This document shows positions 41,977 to 56,705 of a stretch of 64,000 bases of DNA, piece after piece. The DNA lies in NCBI GenBank assembly GCA_964016885.1, contig OZ024743.1, positions 36,208,001 to 36,272,000 of the forward strand, given 5' to 3'. Made by a program: the position numbers and the translations under genes. Below the pieces are notes generated by a model that ran no database searches, was not told where the DNA came from, and saw only the letters and a list, made by a program, of their open reading frames with translations. Each line of letters begins with the position of its first letter. Position 1 is the first letter of the stretch. The DNA comes from Eledone cirrhosa (taxonomy: Eukaryota).

Positions 41977-42357
41977 TACTCTCAAGTCCCAAATAATAGT
42001 GGGGGTGGAATAAACTGGCGGGGGATTAGTAATTTTTCTAGGCTGTCTCTGTTGATTTTAGAACAAAAACATAATTAGTCATTTAGTTTACATATTGAGA
42101 CCCCAACCCATCCTATATATTTTATAACGTATGGAACTTCTAGTAATGTACTGTTTTTGTTATGTAGATTGTTATTTAATGAATAAAGAAAATTAATTGT
42201 CGAAGGAATGTTACCACTTAAAATAAAAATTAGGCCGGAGATAGATTAGTAAAATTTAATGAGGGAGAGTGGGTGGAATAAGAGAGGGGCTCGTTGGAAA
42301 AAAATCTGAAACATTAATAATTGTGAGTGGGGGTCGATTATTCGAGACCCAAGAGTA
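41977..42357. mobile_element. Degenerate MITE with TA ends
   Basis: TACTCTCAAGTCCCAAATAAT vs ATTATTCGAGACCCAAGAGTA. Confidence 0.5.
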
Positions 42358-42453
42358 TGTATGTATGTATGTATGTATGTATGTATGTATGTATGTATGT
42401 ATGTATGTATGTATGTATGTATGTATGCATATATGCATACATACATACATACA

Positions 42454-43060
42454 TGGTGGCTGCCAACTCGTTTTCGAGTATGGCCACTACTTTATATCCA
42501 TGTAGGAGAACTCCTACCGATGCGCTGAACGAATGTGACTTTAGTCCAGTCAGCGACTTGAAAACTCTGGTACAAACACTACACTTGTGACAATTATTGA
42601 CCCATAGTGCTAGGCCCATGGTACCATGTGACGACAAGTGCAGAGAGATCTCCAGATATAAAGCAATGCCTGTGCCGTGAAGCTTTTATAGTGAGCAAAG
42701 GCACTGCACAAAGCCAGTCCCACTCTCTTAACCAAGATGATATTTACCAAAAAGAAGAACAAGTCAACATCATTGGATACCATCAGGGTTGCAGGTGTAA
42801 TATCAGAGTTTTCCTTCTCCTAGAATTCTGCCTTGACAAAGGCTAAGGGGTCATCTCTCCCGGTGATTTTGGATGGCCATTGACTCTTAAGAGCTCATTT
42901 GCCCTTTGACAGGTTTTGTTTTTAGTCCTGCAGGATGTCCAAAGTCACCCTCCTCACCAAGAAACCTTAGTGGGGTTGCCAGTTTAGTCGCCAACGACCC
43001 GACCATGGGACAGGTTGTACTGGAATACATGTTACCAGTAGCACTAAGTGGTGACCTGAC
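42454..43060 (-). mobile_element. Bipartite RTE-derived element, full length
   Basis: Reverse complement of 32813-33421; (CATA)n on both flanks. Confidence 0.88.
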
Positions 43061-43177
43061 ATATATACATACATACATACATACATACATACATACATAC
43101 ATACATACATACATACATACATACATACATACATACATGTGTGTGTGAGTATGTGTGTGTATATATATATATGTATG

Positions 43178-43214
<37 letters not shown>

Positions 43215-43355
43215 CTTTTTTTTTAAATTATTATTATTATTATTTTTTTTTTCTTTCTCCTCGTGCAATGGCCATACTCGATAACGAGGGGGCAGCCATC
43301 ATGCATATATGCATATATGTATGTATGGATATATGTATGTATGTATACATGTATG

Positions 43356-43389
<34 letters not shown>

Positions 43390-43826
43390 TGTATGTATGC
43401 ATGTATGTATGTATGTATGTATGAATGCATGTATGTATGTATGTATGTATGTATGTATGTATGTATGTATGTATGTATGTATGAATGCATGTATGTATGT
43501 ATGTATGTATGTATGTATGTATGTATGTATGTATGTTCCCCAATAGAGAGAAAGATGGAGAGACAGTTTCAAACCTAGAAACAAGACTCATTCGAATTTA
43601 GCTAGCATCAACTAGGTAAATACGTATGTATATATGTGTTTTGCGCATGTGTGTATGTATGGGTTTTCTGTGTGGATCAGTATGTTTTGAGTTATATGTG
43701 TACGCATGTGTATGTTTCTGTATCTATACATGTGTATATGCCGTTCAAGTTTTGTACTGAAGCAGTTAGTAACATATCTCGGAGCCCCAATGATCCTAGG
43801 TACAAATCTAAAATCATAGAGTAGAA

Positions 43827-44046
43827 CAGGCAAGTCAAACTTAGGGTCTCCTGAGGGCCATATGGGTCACATACATGTTGTTGGAGGGCCACACACGACC
43901 ACTATTTGTGCACATTAGAACACATTTTTTAAAATTTTATATTACGAAGATAAAACATGCTCGCGCTGTAAAAACCTTTCTGCGGGCCGCAGGTGTGCTT
44001 GTAAAAGGCCGCATGCAGCCCGCGGACCGCATGTTTGACATGCCTG
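43827..44046. mobile_element. hAT-type MITE
   Basis: TIR CAGGCAAGTCAAAC/GTTTGACATGCCTG; 8-bp TSD GAGTAGAA/GAGTAGAG. Confidence 0.88.
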
Positions 44047-44359
44047 GAGTAGAGTATCTGCAGATTACTCATTAGTTCAGTATAAACTTTCTCCTTTTCG
44101 CTAATCTTTAGCATTATATTGACGTTTGCTGTACGCCTTGAATTCATTCTCCTGCAATGTCTTGTCTGTTATATTTGCATTTGACTAGAACATTCCACCA
44201 GTATGCATATGTCTTCCACATCACTGTAACTTTTTATATGTTTATTCTCAGGGTTATCCTTTCTATGGATTGCATTGTTTTATGTTTTAGTCACTACATC
44301 ATGCCTTAGAAGTAGATAATATCGTGATGACATCTTTGGACAGCTACTTATGTTGTGGG

Positions 44360-46700
44360 TGACATCGTCTGCATCTGTTGTCACATCTTGGTGTTTTGAA
44401 AGCGTGTCTGTTTCTTTTACGCATTAGGTACTTTCTGGTTATTTTCTGCTTTTGGGGGCGGATTGCAAAAGCATATTCTTCAAACTGATAGTCATTATAC
44501 CGGCTTTTGGTCCAATATTGACTACTGTTTGGACTGGTGTTAAGCCTCTGCCCCCATGTTTACGTTTCAGGTAGAAGTTGTCAATATCACTGTTGATGTG
44601 GAAATTTCCGGTACCGGTTAGAACTTTTCGGGTTTTAACATCAATGGTACGGGTCACATTTAGCATCCAGTGAAGTAGTCCAAATGTTATTGTTAGCACA
44701 GGAACAGGAAACACACTGTGAGCTACTGATCTATTGTGACAGAGAGTTCAGAAGACCATATTTTTCTTATTCAGATGTTATATTCCCTGGTTATTGGATC
44801 CTTGTTACAAATACCACCATAGGATATATTTTCATCTATCTCTAAGTATATTTAGCAGTCTTCATCGGATACCAGTGAAACAGTCAGGGCATTGATAGAG
44901 TTATTGCTAGGTTGGCTTTTAGTTTTTCCTCGTTTTACAATCTCATAGGAACATTTATCCTGACCAAACTCCATTCCTGTACCTTTCGACAATGTCGTAA
45001 CAAGGTCAAGGTTTTTCTTCATACCATTTATATTCTTGCCATAAAGTTTCAGGTCATTCGAGAAAAGAAGCTATGTATTAGGTTAGTGTTTCTGGCCTCC
45101 TGTGAAACAATTACATATTTCCTAAGCATAAAAGACAAGGGGTTTATTGACATTATAAAAGTCCCCACAGAGAGATCTCTTTGAAATATACTTCTGCGAT
45201 ATTCTATTTTATCAGTGACAATATAATCCTCCTTCTCTGTATTTAACTTCAGAATAGTGGTCCTTGAAGAAGATAGGTTCTCTATGTCTCTGATGATGGT
45301 ATCTGAGACTTTAACAAATCGAAGGGCCTCTAGCATCCAAGAGTGGGGAACAGAATCGAAAGCTTTCCTGCAGTCCAATCAGACTGAACTAGGTTCCTCC
45401 TATGTCACCACGTCACGTGTTTTATAATAATTGCTCATCTGTAATGATATTTTATTGTAACAATGATCCAGGAAGAGTAGGTTTAGACAGGCTGTATACA
45501 TTTCCAAGTTTACTCAAAGTCTTGTCTAGGTGGGAAGATATGTATGTTTTAGCTCCAATAATAATTGTTTCTACTTTTGGCACAAGGCCAGCAATTACCC
45601 AATGCATTATTGGTACTTTATTTTATCGACCCCGTAAGGACGAAAGGCAAAGTTAACCTCGGCGGGATTTGAACTCAGAATGGCAAGGGCCGTAACTCTA
45701 TGCGTCAAAGCGTCCGACCCTCTACCGATACTGCCAATCCACCGCCCCTAATAATAATAGGTATGAAGCTGAACGTGTATTTCGGCTATATGATCTGCTC
45801 ACTTTTCTTCATTGGTCCTTAGATAATTTCCTTCTCTTGTATTTTTTCTTACTGCATTGACAGCGAGTGAGCAGTTGACTTCTACAACGGAGCATGTTTT
45901 TAAAATGTGGTCCCTAACAAAAATATCTGGTTGGGTGTGTTTTAATTCTCTATATTCCTTTGAACCATCTGTCTCCCTATTCGTTTAATTCTCTATATTC
46001 CTTTGAACCATCTGTCTCCCTATTCGTTGTTATTTTCCTTTTCCATAGTGAATTCCAGATTGTTCAGGCTACTACGTAATGCCTCATGTGAAGATAACAA
46101 GAAGACATTTTTTCACAGTTAGCAGTAATATGTCTAACATTGTTGGTCTTTTCCCCAGCCTATATTTATTGTCAACCAATGATTTTCCTCTTTTGTAGAT
46201 ACTTAGTGGGGATTTCTTATTCCTAGATTTAAAGGTGGGATGTTATGATTTTCTCGGAACTCCATGTCAGGCATTTAGTGTAGTGTATCTTCTCAGCGGT
46301 TTCCGCCTTTCGCCTGATGTATTTATGTACAACCTTCTCAGTGATCTGGTTTATTTTGTTTATTTTCAGGTATTGAGTAGAGTTTTCCAATGTTTCTGTG
46401 AGAGAGGTCTTTTTCAGCTTTCATTTCATGCCTCACCTCTTGTTCAATTGTTTCTTAAGAATGTTTTATTTTCATGCTCATAAATTTGGGCGAGATGTTT
46501 GATGACTTTTTTCATCTGTAAAGATGTTGCTTCACTGTCACGTAGGATGTTAACATGGATTTTAAGCTCCGGCCGCCATCTTTACCTATCCACATCATCA
46601 TTGATATTAAAGTTTCCAGTAATACTGAGTATCTTACAAGTCTTTACATCCACCTCGTTCAATTCTTGCAATGATCAGTTCGGCAAGTAAAATGTTGGCG
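44360..46700 (-). pseudogene. Decayed R4/Dong-like non-LTR retrotransposon
   Basis: DCRKAFDSVPHSW, IFQRDLS, FHINSDIDNFYLKRKHGGRGL; interrupted by a SINE. Confidence 0.75.
45560..45748 (-). mobile_element. SINE family A inserted in the LINE remnant
   Basis: Full consensus; AATAATAAT at both ends. Confidence 0.9.
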
Positions 46701-46789
46701 TTAGGATGGTAACAACAAAAGTGTTATGAATAATGTGCTCGGGTAGGCTGAGAGCTCTAATGGCTATATTCTCTTTACTCTCCTGAGAT

Positions 46790-47890
46790 ATTCATTCCTG
46801 GTCCATCATATCTGACATTCCTATCCTGTCCAAGAACATGTAGTTGTAACCTGACTGTAGAACTTCAGAGAAGAGTAGAGTACAACTCTTCCGCGTTTTA
46901 TCACCAAAGAATGGACATTTGGACAAACCAATGTCTGTAGTGCATTGGGTAATAAGGTCCACTCGCTTTTTGATATGGTTGTTATTTGGGCTATTCAACT
47001 TCATGTCATAGACAAAGACAAGGTGGGTGTTACTTCATGGCCTATTTCTATGACCACTATGTTTTTTGATTAGGTATAATAGTGGATTTAACGAGAAGAC
47101 AGAGAGCAGCACTGAAAAGCTATCGTCCGGTAAGATATCCTTTTTGCTAGTGTATGGTATCGGTATCAATTTACTTTGTATCATCTCTAAGAAGCGAAGT
47201 GATGTACCAAGTCTTGGTCAGGCGTTAGATAGGAGTTACTAGTGGTAATCCTGATTATCCGCCCATGTGGTACACAATAAAAGGCCTTCTGGTAGTCCAG
47301 CCACACTACAGCCAACTTCACTGTACATCTGGAATCATTGTTAATCAGTAGTTGCTCTAAACAGTCCCTCACATCCTTCTTTTTCCGAGCTTGCTCGGGT
47401 ATTATGGTGTTATTAGTGGCATGATAATCCTGAAAGAACAGATTGAGGTACCCAGTGTATAGTTTATACATGATGCTGTGGCAGGCTATTGTGCGGTAAT
47501 TGTTAACATGGTAATCTGGCCATTTTGGGGGAGGAAAAAAGTAATAGCACTTGATAGCAATTTATGTAGTTTTTGCATGCCTTTGATTCTTTCTCCATAC
47601 AACCGTATCAGATCTCGACGACAAAAAAAGAGATTCTTAAGCCAGTAACCAGTTATGAAGTACGGGCCTGTGGAATCCTTGTTCGACACTTTCTGTAGGG
47701 CTATTTCTAGTATTTCATCGTCTATTTCTTTTAGTCACCATGTTGACAGTAGCTTGCTCTAGTTCTTCTATCTTCTAGCTTGCATGCTGAAGATGTCATT
47801 TGTTTCCCCTACAAATCTCCAGTATCTCTCAATCTGATCCTCCGTAGGGGTGTCCTTTATGTAAGATACAAAACTTTTTCGGCTTTTGTT
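46790..47890 (-). pseudogene. Second decayed R4/Dong-like RT fragment
   Basis: GPYFITGYWLK, CLEQLLIN, WLDYQKAFYCVPH. Confidence 0.7.
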
Positions 47891-48019
47891 TACAAACAGC
47901 GGAGAATTTGAAATTAGATAGTGAAAATAGTGCCAGCCTTGTATTTTGACTAAGTAAATTAGTCTAATAATTTTGGAGTTATAAAAACTCCCACAGAAAT
48001 GGAAAATTGAATGAGCATT

Positions 48020-48089
48020 AGTGTACATGGGACACGAACCCAAACCTCTGGGTACCATGGCCAGTGTGTTACCATTACACTAATACGCC
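48020..48089 (-). other. tRNA-like cloverleaf (pseudo; TGG at anticodon position) inside an inverted repeat
   Basis: GGCGTAT/GTACACT acceptor, GTGT/ACAC D-arm, CTGG/CCAG arm, TGGG-TTCGTGT-CCCA; IR arms 47905-47955 and 48096-48146. Confidence 0.6.
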
Positions 48090-48142
48090 ACCAACACTTA
48101 GTCAAAATACAACGGTGGCACTATTTCCACTATTTAATTTCC

Positions 48143-48318
<176 letters not shown>

Positions 48319-48334
48319 CATATATATATATGTA

Positions 48335-48408
<74 letters not shown>

Positions 48409-48414
48409 TGTATG

Positions 48415-48489
<75 letters not shown>

Positions 48490-48513
48490 GCATGTATGTA
48501 TATATATAAATAT

Positions 48514-48548
<35 letters not shown>

Positions 48549-48578
48549 GATATATATATATATATATATATACATACA

Positions 48579-48629
<51 letters not shown>

Positions 48630-48630
<1 letters not shown>

Positions 48631-50600
48631 GAGTTCGGGTAGAAAGAATACTTTGAAAATAAATGACTGCGCTCCTCTAGTCTCCTGGGGGGTGGAGACG
48701 AGCAATCTACTACTAAAGGGAAGATGACAATGAGATGGATAGGGACAGATATGAACAGTCGAAAGAAATTGCATATAAACTTGTTAAATACACAATGCAT
48801 ACCTTAGTACAAGCTGAAGTTAGCTGAACTTGATTTGGAGTAACGACTAACATATGATGGCTACAAATGTTGGTACAGCAGTTATGTCACCTAGAATTAA
48901 CATGGATTGGACTTCCTCGGCAATAAGAACAGACTAACCTCAGTTGTTAACTTGTTCCCAGTAGCCTACAGATTCATAGACATATCTACTGCTACAAAAC
49001 CACAGGGTATTACTAATTACCACCAAACAAGCCTACATGTCAACACTGGAATATGATGATGATGTGGGATTATACAAGACCTAATGAAGATTGGAAACCT
49101 TAAATAGACCTGAATTCATATGATTAGTAGGCAAGGCAGTGAGAGTGGTGAAGTTTGGGATTGTTAAAACAAATGATTGCTAAGTGAACCAATTAGAATT
49201 TGCTAAAGACTAACCCTAGTCAAGATATTGTTACCATTTAAGTTCTTCCTGGATAACTAATCGCACACACCTAAGGCTGAATCTGATAAACAAATAAACT
49301 TTATACTCACACGTCACGAATTCAAGGCAAGTATAAATAAAGCTAAACATAGAATCTTGACTGATGCAGACAGCTATCAAGATATTATATTGGTGACACT
49401 CATGTTCAAGCTAAAGAACTATTAGAAAAAACTTTATGTATCAGATTCAATGTATAGAAATTGAAAGATGCAGATATTGCATCGTGGGCGGCAGCATTAC
49501 AGTATTCAACTTACCAGACGATATCAATCCACTACGACTGTCACCAACAAGGAACATTCACTGAATCAACTTTAGATGTGCCGTGAAAAAAAAAGAAGGA
49601 AAAAGAAATCGTGTGTCATTGCTGCCATCCTGGATCTATGTCATATAAAATGGCACCTGAAGAAGATCAAATTAAAAGATTATGAAGCAGCTTTACAGTA
49701 CAACGTTGTTAATAAGATTAATATGAAAATATGGGAGCAATGGAGAAGTGGCTAGTGTGAAAGCAGACCCGTCATCGAAGCAGCGATAAAGAATGATAAC
49801 GTTAAGGCCGTATTTGAGGCTCTAAAATTGCTAGCAAAAACAATGCTGCCTATCTCACTGTCAAATAAGGCTCTCTCGTTTCACAGATGAGACTGCTTTC
49901 GAGAAAAGGACGATGGAAACAACTTTATAACTTTAATCTTTGTTATTACACCATCTCCTTGAACATTGCCACTAATAACCACCAAGAACTTGGGGATGAT
50001 CCAATAATCAAGGATAAAGTCGAAGAAATGGTCCGCTTGCTCAAACAAAGAAAACCTCCTGGAATGGACAACATCCTAGCAGTACTAACATAGAGGGCCA
50101 GAACACACCAAGGCACAGACATCTATACGGTAGAAGATATCGGAATGAAAGCAGTGACCATAAGAATGGTCCTAAATGTTGATAATAGTCCTCCCGCAAT
50201 ACACAATCTTTGTGCCCTGATGTCTCTATACGAATGCCCGAGTATTTGTGTTAAATGGTGTTAAATCGAAACCATTCAATGTGGGAGTTGGACTCCGCCA
50301 AGAATGCGTACTGTTATCTCTCCTGTTCATTATTTTCATGAACAGAATTGACATTCACAGCTGAGTTGGAAGGGGCATCATGGTTGGCGGGTGTAAAATC
50401 AGTCGGCTGGAATTTACAGACGACATGGCGTTACTTAACTCGACAGAAGATGATCGGCGAATTGTGCTTGATAGATATGATGCCGAGAGCTGCATCCTTG
50501 AAATGAAAATCAGTGCTGCAAAAGCTGAGACACTCGTTCTCTCAACGAAGGCTGCACAGTGCACTCTATATGTAAATGAAGTGAGTGTTTATAGAAGATT
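48630..50600 (+). pseudogene. Decayed RTE-clade LINE
   Basis: LKQRKPPGMDNI, GVGLRQECVLLSLLF, ISRLEFTDDMALL; many stops. Confidence 0.7.
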
Positions 50601-51193
50601 ACGAATGGTTTCAACTATGACAGTGACCTCATCGAAGAATTTTAGGCACTCTACGAAAACTATGAGGGCATATTCCTGAATATGGTAAATACAATAAGGT
50701 AAGTTATTAATAAGTTAAGTTATCAATAATAAGGTAAGTTATCAATAAGTTCAATAATACAGTCTTCTCTCCAAAGTTATTTTAAAATCTTCCCGGAAAA
50801 CATCATGCATGAGACACTATGTAACTTCAACATCTCCATTTCCATATATATAATTAGTGTAGTGTAAACAAAACAATGTCCGTCTTACAAGCTGTGGATG
50901 AATTCGAAATATAAAATGTGTGCGTCCCAACGGAAATTGCCTTAATAATAGCCGATCACTGTTCTATATGTGAGAAAATCGAGTAAATACCCATACAGAA
51001 GAAAAATATTGGATAGAGTTATATGAATGGCGTCTAGTTTTCGGAGCGAAGTTAAATACATCTAAAACGCACTCTAGAAAGTTTACCCTATATTTCTATA
51101 CAAACACACATACGTACGCATGTATATACATATATATATATATACGTGTACATATGTATATATATATATATTATATGAATGTTCTCTCTACAT

Positions 51194-51531
51194 CATTGGT
51201 TCCCAACCAGGGGGCCATGGCCCACCAGTGGGCCATAGCAAGTTATTGGGGGAGCCACGGGAATTAACTAAAAATCACAAAATGTTATACATAAAAAAGA
51301 AGAGTAGTTTCCTAACATAATTTTTTTTTTTTCTTGATTCAAATTTTTATATTCAACTTTTTATCAACTTTCTACCTTTTCTAATTATGATTTTACTTCA
51401 CAAATAAAAAGACATGCCAAAATTATTTCTACATAAAAAAATTATATCAAAATATTTTAATTTTTTGGGGGGTCATACTGTTTTGCTATATCATTAAGGT
51501 GGAATTTATTATAAAAGGTTGGGAACCGCTG
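51194..51531. mobile_element. hAT-type MITE
   Basis: TIR CATTGGTTCCCAACC/GGTTGGGAACCGCTG; TSD CTCTACAT. Confidence 0.9.
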
Positions 51532-52255
51532 CTCTACATCAAAGGTTCTCAACCCATTTTGCCTCTCGAAATCACGAAACGCCCCTACCCTATTTTTCCA
51601 TATTTCAATATACTACTGATTTTGATATCAGTAGATTACTGGGCCAAATCAAGTTACGTTAGAATCTTTAAACAAATCTTTAAAAAAATACTCGTACGAA
51701 TTAAATACAAAAACGTTTCAGTCCAAAACAAAAGCAAGCTATTTCAAATTATATACTTTTGAAAAAACATAGACGTGAATGTTCTCAAAGATTTGATCTC
51801 AGTCGAAAAAGCTTTTTTTTTTAATTCTATATTTCACTGTTAGCTGTTGTAATATTTTGAGTGGATAGACAATTCAACAATTCAAACTGTAAAGACAAAA
51901 CACAAAAGATGCAAAATATGAAGAATTTCTTACCTTTCTCTGGAATCCCAAACTCAAGAGAAAAATAGTACCTTGCAAAATAAAGTGCCTCGATCACAAA
52001 CTTAGTTGCAATGAATGAATTGGGATGCTTAGTGACAGGGAGCAAACAATATCTATCCCTTAGATATATACATTGATAGACACACACACACATACACGCG
52101 CGCGCACCCCCCCCCCCCCCCACACACACACACACACTTGTGTGTGTGTGTCTGTGTGCCTTGTTTTTGGTACAGAAAGAATTTTGTCTCAAGTTTTTAT
52201 TGCCGGGTCAAAGGCCACTGCTCTTTTCAACAACGCCATATATATATATATATAT

Positions 52256-52450
52256 ATAGGAACCAGTAAGACCCCGACAGCTGAGCTCAAGCCGTTTCGA
52301 CGGCTAATTCTGGAGTCCAGAATTAGCCGTCGAAACGGCTTGAGCTCAGCTGTCGGGGTCTTACTGGTTCCTATTACCCACTCTACTACCTCAAGTATTG
52401 AGTACTTTGGTGCGTTATGGTCCACCTGGTTCCTTACCACATTTCCTTCG

Positions 52451-52452
<2 letters not shown>
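52256..52452 (+). mobile_element. Fold-back element P1
   Basis: Palindrome 52256-52374 centred on 52315, plus tail. Confidence 0.88.
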
Positions 52453-52508
<56 letters not shown>

Positions 52509-52596
52509 AGATAGAGAGAGATAGAGAGAGAGAGAGAGATAGAGAGAAAGAGAGTAGGAAATGTGTGTGTGTGTGTGTGTGTGTGTTTGGTACGCG

Positions 52597-52674
<78 letters not shown>

Positions 52675-55600
52675 ATACGCATACATCAACACAAAAACAA
52701 GAGTTTGATGGAGGTCATCTCCCAAAACCCCAAGTTGGAGACGGAGGGCAAAACTTTCGTCAAGGCAGAATCGTCTCCACACCTTAAACTTATAAGGGTT
52801 TCTATGGAAACCTATAAAGACCTAAAAATTAAATTTTCACAGGACGTGGGCAACCCCTGCCACAAACCCATCAACCGCGTCCTGTTGAAATGTTTCCCCA
52901 CCCCACCCAACACCCCATCCAGCACCCAAATGGAGATTGAACAACCCGATCTCCAGGAAACGAAAAGGTAAGTGCACCTTTCGTCCTTTTTCTCCAACTT
53001 TTCTTCACCACCATGGCTGGTTTACGAGTTGGAACCGTGAATGTGCGTGGCCTAGGGATGTCCTGGAAACAGGGCCAACTTTTAAACGACCTTAGGTCAC
53101 ACAGTATCGATGTGATAGCCATCACCGAGTCCAGGATCCACAACAGGCAGCAACTTACCTCCATCTTCGACGACTTTGAGATCTACGCATCTCTCTGTCA
53201 GCCAGGAGGTGGAGGTGGAGTGGCTGTTATGTTTCGGAAGAACCTGGACGTCGGAGTACAGCAAGTACACTTGGACCCGGAGGGTAGACTGGTAGTCCTA
53301 GACGTGAACAGTATCGGAGGTGGAGCCTTCAGACTGGTGGCCGTTTATACCCCGACCGGGCAATCGCAATCACGGCCAGACTTCTTTAAGCGTCTAGAGT
53401 CTTTTCTGGGAACGTCTCGCTCCTTACTTTTAGTGGGGGGCTGGAATGGTATCCTAGATGCACGATGGGACTATGTGGGAGCATGTCCCAGTAGAGCGGG
53501 GTGCAACAGCCTCAAAACTTTAATCGGCCAATTCCAACTGGCCGATAGGTATTGACTGGATTTCCCGACTGCACCACAGTGGACGTGGGTAAACCGCAGT
53601 GGGACATCTAGATCGTATTTAGATAGGTTCTTCATTAGAGAAAGAGACAAGGAGATGTTAAGCTGTCCACGAATGCACATGGTTGCCTATTCAGATCACA
53701 AGTTAGTCGTCTGCTTAGTCAACCGTGATAGAATACATAGACAGGGTCCCGGATACTGGAAGCTGAACGTGTCGTTGCCGGGACGTAAAGCTTACAGTGA
53801 ACGGATAAGTAGACTAGTCAAGCAACAGTTAACGGGAGCCATCGTCAACAATAGTAGGTGGTACTCTCTCAAGAAAGCAATTAGAATAGAATCGATAACA
53901 GAGAGTTAGCCTTAGAGAAAAACAGAATAGAAAGAGAACTAGTAGCCAAGGTAGAGGAGGCACTTAGAAGTGGCAACGCGGCTAGAGTGTTAGCGTCGAG
54001 AACGGCACTGGACCAGTTCTTCGATGCGAAACACGAAGGCTGCGTGGTCAGAATCAAAAACACGTGCTCTAGGAAACGAAGGAGCGAAAGCTGTCAGCTG
54101 GACCCGAGTGGCGGAGGCAAAAAGTGGCAACAAGTCCACGATTCGGTCTTTGAAAGACCAAAACGGACGCGTGCGACTTGACCCGAAGCAAATGTGCGCG
54201 GCCTTTCAGCGGCACTTTGCGCGACTGTTTGAGTAGAACGACGGTGAGCCGAACAGGGCAATGGACTTTAGTTCATACCTCGAGGGCCTGCCGCGTCTCT
54301 CGAACACGGACGCCGAGTTCTTCGAAAGACAGATCACGGACACTGAGATACGGGACGCTCTGGGCCGCTGCGGGAAACGCAAGTCACCCGGTCTAGATGG
54401 TCTACCCTACGAATTTTACATAGGCATGCCGGACTTGTTCTCTGGCGTCCTCGAAGCTGTCTACTGCAATTGGCAGCAGAACGGGAGAATTCCCAGTTCT
54501 GCAGGCAAGGGCGTAGTAACGCTGATCAAGAAAGACGAAAACAAGGGGGACGAAATTAACAACTTCAGGCCCATAGCTCTGCTCAACACAGAGTTAAAGA
54601 TTTTGGCCAAGGTGCTAGCGACGAGGTTGGCGCTTGTCGTCGAGAACCTGGTAGGGAAAGCGCAAACGTGTGCAATGCCGACCAGGTCCATACACGACAA
54701 CCTCCACCTCATGCGATACATCATAGAGAGGGTGGGTAGTAAACCCGGCTTTGGTGGGGCTCTGATCAACTTGGATCAGTCTAAGGCATTCGATAGGGTC
54801 GACCATCGATACTTGGAAGCGGTTCTCAAGGCGGCCGGTTTTGGTCCCGTGTTCAGAGGATGGATAGAGGCGATGCACACCAGCATCTGCTCGAGGGTCA
54901 AGGTGAACGGCTACCTTTCGGAGCCGTTCGCAATCACGCGTTCCATTCGACAGGGGTGCCCTCTCTCCTTCATTCTGTATGTATTGACTCTAGAGCCACT
55001 ACTGCGGAAATTGGAGCTGTTGCAGGGCATCCCTCTAGAACCGGGACTGCGCAAAGCGGTGTCGGCTTATGCCGACGACGTGACGGTAATGGTGTCGAGC
55101 ACCTCGGAAATCGGGGTGATCGGCAACTTACTGAAAGAATACGAAACGCTGACGGGAGCAAAACTAAACCCGGACAAGTCTGTCGGTTTGCAACTCGGTA
55201 CGTGGAGAGGCAAACCGATGACATCCGACAGCGTCGTTGGACGCTGGACGGACGGACCGGTGAAATTGCTCGGGGTATGGTTCGGTCCAGACCTCCAGGT
55301 GGAGAAAAACTGGAACGAGGTCACGGCCAAGGTGTTTGCACTCACCCAGAAGTGGGCAGAGTGCAAACTGTCCTTGAAGGGTCGAGCGGAGGTGGCGAAC
55401 ACTTTCATAGCGTCCGTCATCTACTACCGCTCGACTGTCGTGCCTTGTCCCCGTGAACACCTCACCAAGATGGAACGCATGCTCTTCCAGTTTCTGTGGA
55501 AGAAGCAGGCTCCACTGGTGAGGAGATCCGTCTGCTGTCAGCCACCCTTCCAACGGAGGGCTGGGAATGCCGTGGCTGATGATGCGCAAACATGCGCTGA

Positions 55601-56688
55601 GGCTGCGGCATCTCCAGGTATTCCTCACCGAAACCCAACCGGTGTGGGCACCGTTTGTGAGACAGGCTTTCCCACATTCGTCTCGCTAACGGAGCTGCAG
55701 TCCTGGGTGAAGAAAAGACCGAAAACGATGGGCGCCTGGTACATTGAATGCGCTCAGGCGATCACAGTCCTCTGGCAAGCGGGCGTAGCAATAAGTGGAG
55801 ACTCCACTTCGACATTCTATAGAGGGATTGTACGTTACAAGGGCGACGACGTGCTCGGAGAGACTCTGGGCGTCGAAGACGATGAGCTCACCAGTCTGTT
55901 TGGTAGGACTTTCCGCCCGGGACCTATGGACAACTTCCAGAGGTCCCTGGCCTGGCAGTGCTACCGAGGAGCTCTACCGGTTCGTGACAAGATCTACAGG
56001 CACGGACGCCCCGGCAGGGATCCTTCCAAGAGGACGTGTCCAAGATGCGCGCAGGACATTGAAACAGTTCTGCACGCAATTGTACACTGCCCGGGCGTAA
56101 CCGACCTGTGGAACTATGCAGAACAACTGCTGTTGTGTATGGGACAAATCCAGTTGACTGCCGAGTCCATAGTAAGGATCAAACCGCCAGCCTCTTTCAA
56201 AAACGAAAGAGGGGCGGTTTTCCTCTGTACTGTGGCTATGGTGAAAGAAGTTATATGGTGGACGAGGTTGAGAGGCCTGAGGACAGATGCCTTTCTCTCC
56301 GGACAACAATTGATTCCCTTCTTTAAGTTTCACTTTAGAAGGAGAATCAGGGTGGAGAGAGAGGCACTGCACCCCAGTAAATTTACTGAAAGGTGGGTGA
56401 ATGAAGCGAAAATGGCCCGAGTGATTGGGCCTTCTCTGTTTATAAGCCTGTAGGTTGAGGAAGAGAGCAAAAGGAAGAAAGGAGCACTTGCACAAAACGC
56501 TCCTGGAGTTGAGGGTTGTTCTATTGACGGGGTATTAAAGAACCCATTTGTGACGTTTCCCCCTATTGGGGATTTCGATTGTTGTAATTGTTTGTTTTTA
56601 TATTTTTTACACGACTGTATGTAAAAGCCCGTCATGTCTTTGTATTGTCCCCTTTTCTTGTGCGCCCTTGTGGCTAATAAAGAAATAT
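52675..56688 (+). mobile_element. 5'-truncated Tx1/L1-clade LINE in (TATC)n
   Basis: Probable ORF1 3' end to 52971, ORF2 53013-56453, 3'UTR ending AATAAAGAAA; TATC repeats on both sides. Confidence 0.9.
53013..56453 (+). pseudogene. LINE ORF2: APE endonuclease + reverse transcriptase + C-terminal zinc finger, disrupted
   Basis: NVRGL, SDH, GPGYWKLN, SPGLDG, DQSKAFDRV, RQGCPLS, YADD, CPRC...H....C; stops at ~53553 and ~54234, frameshifts at ~53895, ~54058, ~55545/55675. Confidence 0.92.
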
Positions 56689-56705
56689 ATCTATCTATCT
56701 ATCTA

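Noticed and set aside
45941-46026. 43-bp tandem duplication
   Set aside because: Ordinary local duplication within a dead LINE.
48020-48089. Functional tRNA-Pro gene
   Set aside because: Lacks U33, the purine at 37 and the conserved T-loop A; stems have mismatches.
54461-56635. Antisense and alternative-frame ORFs over the LINE
   Set aside because: Shadow ORFs of GC-richer ORF2 sequence.
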